Source of the DNA: Takakia lepidozioides
Taxonomy: Eukaryota; Plantae; Bryophyta
DNA: 64,000 nucleotides
Assembly: GCA_030704615.1 (NCBI GenBank)
Contig: CM060733.1
Coordinates: 46,996,001-47,060,000 of the forward strand
Direction of reading: 5' to 3'
Numbering within the stretch: the stretch's first letter is position 1; each line of letters opens with the position of its first letter. The notes under the pieces were generated by a model. It searched no databases. It saw nothing but the letters and a program-made list of their open reading frames with translations, and had not been told where the DNA came from. Below, piece after piece: positions 54,686-64,000 of the stretch. The translations under genes and the position numbers were made by a program.

Positions 54686-56810
54686 TTCGCCATTTCCTCA
54701 ATGGACATGTTCTGCAAAGTGGAGAACCACACTTCAAAACAGTGAACAGGAAACAACATAAAGAAAGCGAGGAGACAATAAAATGGAAGTAAATGTATGA
54801 ATAAAGCAAGAAATATAAGCCTCGTACCACTGCCATGGCTGCTCCCCACTGTCTATACCGGAAGTGCCAAAACGCCAGCCAATCTTCCAATGCTCTCATA
54901 CTCTCAAGTAATGCAGCTCCAGAAGAGAACCACCAGGCACGAATTGTCTGGAACAAAGTGTCCGCGTCCTTCATTGTTCTAGCATCTTTGTACTCTTTGC
55001 ACAATTTACGGTGCTGAGTCTGCATCTCTGGTTTGATGTCCGACTTTGTATGTTTTTCCAGAGATTGTGTCCAATGGAATAGACATGTACGCTCTCTTCC
55101 TCGCATTGGCACTTTTGGGTCGCCCGATCCGAAGACAATACGAACAGCATTGAAATTTGCTTGAGCACTATCCGCCCCATGGCAGCCCATGACACGTATC
55201 AGGGAATTCCACATGAGCTTCTGGGATTCCGTATCCTCGGATTGCATGTCACAAATTGCAATTGTCATAACTCGTTGATACACTGGATCGTAGATATGAC
55301 AAGCCATTGTCGTCCAATCATTCACTTGTTTCACATGATCAAACATAAGAAAATAGTTCTGCAAGTCCCTAGTCTTCTGCATCCGCTTCACGAGGCTAAC
55401 CCCACTGCCCTCCCCAACAGTCGACATTTTGAAAAGAAAAACTTTGATGGCACCTTGACCTGGGAATACATTGTCCTGGATGTAATCGTACTTGCTCACT
55501 CGTTTCAACTCCAAAATGTTGTCTATGTAGCCTCTGATACCAAAGCCCATTCTTAATGCATTGATCTGATGCCGAATGTTAGGTGAACTCAAAGTGGAGA
55601 AATGATCCATGACCAGGTCCAATGCTGCACCGTCAAGTTTAGTCCCCACAGAATCCCCTTCACTCAAAATATGGCTTTCCAAGAAGGACTTGCTTGCGCC
55701 AAGAGCAATTGCAGATGTTATTGCGGATGGGTTTCTCCCGAACTCCTGTTTAATCAACCTCGATACTGTCTCAATACTCTCCTTGTAATCTCCCTTCCAG
55801 ACATGATGGTTATGGAATCCGAAATGCACACAAGCTTTTGTCATTGTTTTCAAACGGTGGACAACATAGTACATTCTTGCTCCGCAGAGCGCCAAGCAGG
55901 ATGGCACAAGTTTGCAGAATTTGCAGACGAAAGTGTTTGCCGGTGGTGGGGCAGTCCCAGGCTGAAATGGATTTTCCGCCAGACCCTCCCATTCGCTTTG
56001 ATTATGAACCCCAGACTGAAGAAAGTGTCTGCAATTCAAATTATCACAGCTAAGGTGTCCATTGCAAACTGTTCTCCTGAAAACAAGCTTGTCATCATTC
56101 TGAATATTGAATGTTTTTGTTCTGCACCACGGGTGCCCGTCGTGTTTCTTGTCCATTCCATGCATCATGATTGTTACACCTCAAACTCGTGGAGGAGGAG
56201 GTAGCTCAAATAGGATATCGCCATCAAAAGTCTCTAGCAAGAACTTCACAGGCACCTGCTTCAAAGATTCCCAATCAATTCCTCGCAACTCACTTTTGAA
56301 TCCAGCCATTCCTCCCATCGCCCGTAGTTTTGGAATGACACTACAAATCTCTTCTTCATCAGCTTCTCCAATCACAGTAGGAAGGACTGGATTTGGAATT
56401 TCACTTATGTCATCATCGGACGAATCTGAAAGCTCAACGATTGGAGTGGAGGACGTCTGTTCTTTTTTCACCACCACCTCCCTCTTGTCTTCAACGACCG
56501 AAGCAGCAGTCCCGGGCGTCACATATGACCCAAGGGACTTTCGCCGAGGCTCTCCAAGTACTCTGTATCGACCAGGGCGCACTCTCCACTGGCTGACATG
56601 AGCTGTCTCATCACGGCTTTGGAAAGAGTATTTCAACAACTTCCCTTTCAGATCGTACACCTCTTTCTCCAAGAAGATGGAGCCATTCTGAAGCTGAAAA
56701 TGGGTAGCCAAGACATGTTCCAGAACAATTGCAAATCCATTGTCAAGGACTTCCTGGGAGAACGGCACTGGTTTGTCGTCAGATAAGAACTCCGCTACAG
56801 AGGAAGCCAT
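54686..56810 (-). pseudogene. GCM-MULE transposase of element B, truncated by LTR
   Basis: Motifs MDKKHDGHPW, CNGHLSC, CKFC, HFGFHNH, FLMFDHVK and CLFHW. There is an in-frame TGA at 56181-56183 and a ~10-aa deletion before ADSAQAN. Intron 54827-54712 is at the same position as in A, and exon 2 stops after NMSIEEMA at the LTR. Confidence 0.9.
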
Positions 56811-57239
56811 CTTCCTTCCTCGCGTACGTTGATACCTTGTTATCACATACCTTCAGTGTAAATTGGTTTACTGATGTCTCCAGAACACAGTTGAAGAATG
56901 AACAGAGAATATGGCGGAGGAAGCTCAAACGACGACTGTGCATATTCTGTTATTCCTTCCAGATATACAGCCGTCCATTTTAATTACTTTTCTTGTGGGC
57001 CCAGTGGTCAGAGTATCCCTAGGAGCAATGTCGGCAGCTGTTTAACCGTTAATCAGAACCTCATCAATAAACACAATAACAGTTGGAAAGTTCAAAATGT
57101 GAATCGAACGTGGGGTTGGCTAACAAGGATGAACGTGTATGATATCCCAAAATTTTGAGAGGGTTCCTTCTACAATACGAAAGAGAAGAAGTCTCTTTAT
57201 TTTACTTCCCTTAGAGAGAGACGCAGAGCAAGAGAGCAA

Positions 57240-60200
57240 ATGACGAGGCGTCGTTTGTTGGAGAACACAGGGCCAAGGCAGCAGGTGAACGCGAAGACTG
57301 ATTCACAAGAGCAGACCGAGACTGAGGCAGCGGCTGTGACACAGTCGGCGATAACAGTGCGCGTTGGAAACCAGCCTGTGGATGCAAAGATGACTCGCAG
57401 GGAAACTGAAGGAGGTGGAAGTATGAGGAACGTTGAACCAGGAGAAGGTCCAGAAACCCTAGAGCAGACAGAAATTCCAGCAGATGTGAGAGGGAAGAGG
57501 AAAACTGCAGAAGGGGATCCAATTTCAAAACCTAAGAAGGCGCCAATAAGTTTTCTCTAACTTACATTTCATTGTTGAAGATCTGCGTAGAGATTGAGTG
57601 GAATGTCCCAGAAAGGGATTGTCGCTACCGACCATCACCATGAAACAACGGTGATTTGCTTTCTACTCCTCTGTTAAGGGTTTACCGCATAATGAGTGGG
57701 TGACTGACGGTACCGTCATTCACTGTTGTTCAGATCATACAGTCTGTCTGATTGCCTTTCAAGCAGTCATTCCTCTTCCCTTCTTTAGTAGGAACATGTG
57801 ATTGAAGTCTACTGAATTGCGAGCGTCGTTAACGCCATTCGATTCTCCTCATGAGATTTATGTACCTATGTGTTTGAAGAGAGAGTGAGGGTCGGCATAT
57901 TCAGTCATATTGTTTTGCAATGCATTTTCTTTGTTTGAGGTTGAACAGATAGAGAAGTGGAAAGGCGGTACCGCGAATCAAAGATTTGAAGACCATACTG
58001 TAGATTCAGGTAGAGTATCGATTGGAAAGTACTCTCGACATAGACAAGAAACAGTGAATGCTTGCGACGTTCATCACAATGGAGTCAATCTGAATAATCT
58101 GCACTTACTGTCCGCCCTAAACTATACTGAATGTTGTTGCCGCCAATCACTTACACATATATGTCATTGCACAACACCGATCCAGCAGGTCCCACTCTTT
58201 TGTGATTGTCGTTAACGTCGTTCGCTCTTGCTCAAAACCTTTCTGTTCATGTGTCCCTAGAATCATAGTGTTTTGTTTTGAATTCGGCAGGATCAGCTTT
58301 GCTTGTGTAGATGGTTCTGAATTTGTTTCACACCATTCATTGTGAGTTGAGACGAGACAGAGTGATGGTCGTTACCGCCGTTCACTATTTGCACATTACT
58401 CAGTCAGATTTGAATCGCATCGTGCAGAAAACTCTGAGGTCCAAGCCTACAGGATCAGAGGGGAAAGGATCTGGAGATGGGGACGAGTCTGGAAAAAGCT
58501 CAGAGAATAACGATGAAGCAGATGAATCTGAAATGCACTACCTTGACAAGGTGAAAGAACTCATGTCATTCCAGAAGGTAAACTCTCAGGAGGTTATAAG
58601 GGACATGCTCGTATCTGGAGGGCGTCTGGACATCCCTCTATGCCGGATGATATCTATGCTTGTTGTGCGTCCACCTATTTCCCATGACATAACAAAATTG
58701 AAGAGTGATTTCGTGCATGGATACAGACTCGGTGCACAAGTTTTTTATATGTCACTGACGGATATAAATGGGAAAAACATATTAGTGTCTCCAGAGATCA
58801 GTGATACCTGGGATGAGTGCTGGAAAGATGCTAATGAGGAGTTTGAGCTGGGCCTCATGATGGGAAAGAACACCCAGCAATTCTGCAACCACATATTCTA
58901 CGTCTGGGACGGCAACCACCGATTGCTGGCATGGATGGGATACATTCAGAAACATCATGCGAAAGACAAAGACAAGCATGTTGCTGTGGAGGCAATGGTT
59001 TTGGATCCAGGAAACGACATCGCTAGGCTTCTTACAGCTATGCACGACGTGAACAAGTAAGTCATCAACTTCATTCCCTCTGTAGTGTCTTGTTAATCCC
59101 AAAAAAACAGTGTTAAAGAATGCAATGTTTCCAATGTTTTTGCAGATCGACAGAGAAATCGCATGTGACAACAAGCTTGGTCCACACACTATTCCGAATT
59201 CAGAGGATTGATGAAGCTGGATGATTTTCGGACAGTACTCCCCCCCAATATAATCAAGAAGTGCGAAACAAGAAGAGCTACAGGCACTTGGTATTCTTTG
59301 ACTCGAGAGGCGTTTCTGGAGTACATATATGCGGTAAGCCCGAGTCTGTACTCAGTTTACTTTTCGAATACATGTTTCTAGTTCATTCGGTGCTAATCAC
59401 TATTTGAATCAATGCAGCAAGAACTGGCAGAGGCAGCTGAGAAGGGAAAATCCGAATATTACCGCACTACACCAGAGGAACTAAGGACATCAAAGGGTGT
59501 GGAAGCAGCAATAAAAAAGGAGTTTGAAATGCGAAGAACCAAATAAAAGCAGCTTAGAATAGTAGATCCTGGACTTGGTTCTGAGTTCCTTCAGCAGATC
59601 AAATCTCACAATGACAAGCATGTGCATCCGGAGATGCAGCAGGAGAAATTCCACCGGCTGGCCATATCCATGGTCGACCCACAAACAAAAATAAGGTGGC
59701 TGGAGATATGGAACTCAGATCAGACAGTAAAGGACTTGAATCAGTTCCCAAAGAGCACCATACAGCCTGGCACAAAGGTGGAAGGAATCAGTGATTTGGT
59801 GTTTGATAACTGGCTCCACGAGGCTACATTTTGGAGTCAGGTGTGTATTCAAATAAGCCGTTTTTTTTTTTCTTCAATTATGTGATGAGTATCTTATTTG
59901 CAATACTGACAAATATACAATTTGCAGCTCGAAAAGCGTGTCGTCATTGTGCTGGATCAGACTTTGAAGGACTTGAATATTTCGATTGTTTCCCCTCCCC
60001 AAATGTCATTGGAGGCATACATAAGGAAGTGGAGAGGTCTCACCTGGAGATACTGTTTTTTCCGGGAGTTCTCCAAAGATGGTAACATTTTACGGTCCAA
60101 CGACTTTGACAGTCAGGTTGGAGGAGAGTGGGCCATGATGCGAGTTGTGTACAGGTGCAATATCATACTGGAAACTCTACTGCACTTTTTGGGAAATAAT

Positions 60201-63200
60201 TTGGCTTCATAAGGATTGTAATCATAGATCCAAATTGAATGTCGTTGTCGACATTCACTTCTTTGTCTGAGTCATTCTTAAGCGAGAATTTGAATTTCAC
60301 CTGGATTAGGAGCTTAGGGTGTAATTATAGTGTCCCTGATTAGAATTGATAATGTCCCTGAATGGCGTTGACGACATTCACATCCAGAGTTGTTAAGAGG
60401 TCCTCAGAGTTATGTAAGTTTTTGTAATGTCCATAGAGTTTACAGTGAGGGTTCCTCACTCCAGTTTGTTGAATGTCAATGCAGACATTCAGTTGTTCTG
60501 CAATGTTTTTGCCTCTTGCAGGAAATCTTGAGGCTTGATTAGCTGTGTTATCAGAGATCCAAAGTGAATGTCGTTGACGACATTCACTTCTATGTCTGTG
60601 TCATTCACCAGCGACAATTTGAATTTACATGGATTAGGAGCTTAGGGTGTATTTATTGGTTCCTTGTTCAGAATTTTGTGAATGGCGTTGACGCCATTCA
60701 CATCCAGTGTTATTATGAGGTCCTCAGTGTTATGTACGTTTTGAATGTCCATTGAGTTTTTAGAGAGGGTTCCTTAATCGAGTTTCTGAATGTCGTTGCC
60801 GACATTCAGTTTCCATCCAATGATTTTGCCTCTTTTGAGAAATCATTAGGCTTGATTAGCAGTGTATTTGCAAATCCAAAGTGAATGACGTTGACGACAT
60901 TCACTTCTATGTCTGTGTCATTCCAAAAGGGGGAGTTTGCATTCACGTGGATTAGGGTGTATTTGCAGTATCATTGAATGGAATTTTTTGAATGGCGTTG
61001 ACGACATTCACATCCAGAGCTGTCGTGTGGTCCTGAGAGGTCCTTGGAGCAATTCTCAGAGCCATTTCATTCCATGTTTTTTTCATTCTGTGCTACTTGC
61101 ATCTTACTCACTTCGCGCTTTGGTGGGTTGGGATTTATCTCATGTTTAACAGGTACACAAAATATGTGCTTATGGAAGGAAATCACCTGAGCGGTATTCC
61201 AGACTATCTTGACATGTGGTCGGACCCTGCAAACGATCCAACCATGTATACTGCAGGGATATTGAAGGACTGGAGTCCTTCTCACTTAAGAGACTGTGGC
61301 TGGTACCTTGACTGCCCACCGGAGCACACGACCTTTCAAGAACAGCACATGAAATATTTGAACAATAATGCTAAGATGCTGGCGCCTCTGACTGACGAGC
61401 AGTATCAAAGAAACATAGCAACATTGGCTGCCAAGGAGCCTGATGCTCAGGGAACGCCGCAGAAGGGAAAGAAGGCGGGCCGCAAACCAAAAGACAAGGC
61501 TCCTGATGTCATAGCCATCTCACCAGCAAAGCCAAAGGACAAAGACAAGTCCAAAGAGAAGGAAAAGGACAAGGGGAAGGAGAAAGAAAAGGAGATGGAG
61601 AAGGAAAATGAAAGTGGGCAGGACTTCACTGCTGGAAGATATACCCGCACAGTTCAGTGCGTGTTCGATGCCAAGCCACACCCTTCCCGTTCTGATTCGG
61701 CAGGAGAGATTAAAATTGTCAATGAGGGTTGGCTGGCGATGATGCAGAGTTGAAAGAGAAGATACACTGGGGTGCCTTCGCCTACCTGGGACAACATAAT
61801 CTCATTCCTCAATCTGGTGAGAATTCCAGTTTCTTTCCTTATTCTCTGAAAGTTTCATTGGCAGTATTTCAGTCTGGTTCTTTGAAAACATTCTTGCCAT
61901 CGTTCTTAAAATAAACATGTCTGTTGCAGGTGAGCACTGGTCCCACCATCATGTGCGGTGTGCAGAAAACATATGCGGCTGACATTGTCATTCTCGACAT
62001 CCCGGATGGCCAAGCTGTGCCAGAAGTTCTTCCAAAGGGAAGACGCTAGGCTGGAACAAATTCGAGGACAACTACTGGAGTTGGGTGTTCGGGTTCTGTA
62101 ATAATTTCCTCTCTGATGCAGGGACACTTCTGCTTTTTCAGTCATGTGACAAAGATAGTCGTCGGGCATTGGCATCATACGCGCACATGGAATTGTGTGA
62201 ACAGCCTCTACCTTGTGAAAGGGGGTTTCCCTGGTCAGCTGGTATGTCGTCTCCCTTCTGCTTGTGCTTTCATGATGAGTTTCAATGTTCTCTGCAGCTC
62301 CACTCTAGAAGAATCTGTCATGATCGACACCGATCATCACCGATTCGTGATAAAAATGATTGTTTTATGCCTGAGTTCTGAATAGCCGATGTACACACTT
62401 CCACTATAGATTGTGTTTACCACACTAACCTGCTATCTTTGGCAGACAAGGATGTTCGAGGCGATCTGCCTGCGGAGGATTCGCACCTCAAAGACACCAT
62501 CCTCCATCCGCAGCTTTGAGATTTCTGACCAGGGTTGTTTCGTCAACCCCCCCTATGAGCCGCATGTCGATGACATTTTGTACAACTTCAGTCTAGTCAG
62601 ACTCTGAAGAGACCAGATGGCACTCCCTAGAGAGGTGCAAAGGAAAAATCCCCAGCATTCATGCAAATACTGTTGGAGTCATGCAGCCACCACTCTGCAC
62701 GGGTGGTCGATCTTTCTGTGTCCACAGGTTCGTTCTCTCCCTTCCGAATTGATTTTCTTTCACCAGTTCCATCTGCTTAAATCCCCCCACCAAACTGTTC
62801 ATATCCTCCTGTCTGGTGCAGGAGCAACTACTCATGAGACAAGTGAACTATCATCTATTCTCCCACCGGGTATATGAAGGGAAGTTGTTCATAGTGAACT
62901 TACCATGCATGCAAGGCAGGCAGATGAAGCCTTTTTGGCATGGAGGGTGATTCTGACCTCTACAACACAGTGCTCCTCCCCCTTTTGTCTGGCTCCACTT
63001 CAGGCACACAGACTGATCGGATTCAAATTCGAAATGATGACGGTCCCGAAGATAAGCAGGTCGACAACGACTTTTCATGTGAGTAAGTGCTAAACCTACT
63101 TTGGGAGCCATACTCAATTTCTCAATAACATCAAAGTTACAGTAATAACTTTTTCAGGCTGTCTTTCAGGAAAGGCAGTGGTGGATCTTCAGGAGATACA

Positions 63201-63416
63201 GTCATTTGTGGCGAGTCTGTTTTCAACAGCCCCCTTTCCAATTTTGTGCTTCCTGATTATGCCGAAGCAATGGCACTTCACGCGGCCGAGTCCCTATCCC
63301 CTGAATTTTTACTGCCCGGCCGTAGGTGTAGCCAGCGTAGATCCGGAGTTCTTAAATACTTAGACTTAGAGGCAGAGGAAGCGGGGATACATTGTACTGA
63401 CTCTGAGTCAGACTGA
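57240..63416 (+). pseudogene. ParB-like + amino-methyltransferase-like gene of element B
   Basis: LDIPLCRM...VVRP...FYVWDGNHRLLAW (DGNHR at 58908-58922); EKFHRLA...RWLEIWN; HLRDCGWYLDCPP; ADIVILDIPDG (61978-62010); KSPAFMQILLESCS...VVDLSVSTG. Stops and frameshifts are present. Confidence 0.8.
60227..61020. repeat. Intronic tandem repeat (~320-bp unit, ~2.5 copies) with 8 GAATGTCGTTGACGACATTC-type palindromes
   Basis: Palindromes near 60237, 60360, 60471, 60566, 60680, 60788, 60883 and 60990, in the intron between VVYR and YTKY. Confidence 0.85.
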
Positions 63417-63529
63417 ACTATGTTCTTTTAATATTCTGTTTCAACCTCTTTGGAAAATGTTGAATCCCCTTCCTCCACCGTTGTTGTTCCTTTGGAAAGA
63501 AAAATAATCAAAGAATCAACTACCATTTA

Positions 63530-63905
63530 TATTGCAATATGTATCAATCCATCTCACAAACCTCCCTCACTCTTGTCATATCCATTGTGCTTTCATCTAC
63601 AGTGTATTCATGCGTGCTCCATTCATGAATGTTTTCCTTTGTTCAACATCCATTGTACATCCATCCTCTGTACTCTTTAATCCACCCCACAAACCTACCA
63701 CACTCATGTCATATACGTTGTGCATTCGTCTAAAGTTTTAGTCATGCATCTTCCTGTCATGAATGTATTCCATTGCTCAACATCCATTATACATTCATCC
63801 ATTTGACTCTTATCCATCCCTCATTCATCCATCTACATTCATTTTTCACACTCATCCATCTGTTTATCATCCAACTGTACATTCATCCATTCTTTATTCA
63901 TCTGT
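63530..63905. repeat. Degenerate CATCCAT/TTCATCC-rich repeat
   Basis: Recurrent CATCCATT(G/A)TACATTCATCC motifs and a duplicated ~140-bp segment. Origin unclear. Confidence 0.45.
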
Positions 63906-64000
63906 TGCTTTCAGGTGAGAATGACCACTGCCTTTTATTATGTCGTCCAGCTTGTTTCCGCAGTAAAGGGTGCCAATACGCGGGAATACACTCCACTTCT

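Larger units (their letters stand above)
54686..63416. mobile_element. Element B: older, decayed relative of element A (ends not identified)
   Basis: Same divergent transposase / ParB-MTase layout with conserved intron positions. It is truncated on the left by the LTR, and no right TIR was recognised in the window. Confidence 0.85.

Overview
Plant nuclear DNA, probably an early-diverging land plant judging from the moss-like PLS-PPR repeats and the non-chromovirus Gypsy element; the species cannot be determined. Left of a 500-N scaffold gap (28287-28786) are four host genes: a PLS-DYW PPR editing factor (+), NF-YC (+), an ADA3-like SAGA subunit (-) and a BAGP1-like GRAM/VASt gene (-) cut by the gap. 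This half also holds a hAT-type MITE and several (CT)n-tailed LINE 3' ends. Right of the gap is a transposon nest. A defective Ty3/Gypsy element (29607-54685) with mismatched LTRs carries a complete 14.9-kb Mutator-like DNA transposon (element A, 37630-52504; 9-bp TSD CCTGAGGAG, ~21-bp TIRs). Its 3' LTR interrupts an older, diverged relative (element B, 54686 to at least 63416). A and B share one architecture: a GCM-domain MULE transposase (SWIM finger seen in A only) transcribed divergently from a multi-intron gene encoding a ParB/Srx-like domain fused to a beta-class (N4/N6) DNA methyltransferase-like domain with a non-canonical DIPDG motif. Each element carries its own arrays of a 20-bp palindrome (A: GAAATTCGGCGCCGAATTTC; B: GAATGTCGTTGACGACATTC; shared frame GAAnnTCGnnnnCGAnnTTC), including in the orthologous intron of the ParB-MTase gene. 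This candidate transposon-encoded 'ParB-methyltransferase plus parS-like array' module is the main finding; its function is inferred, not shown.
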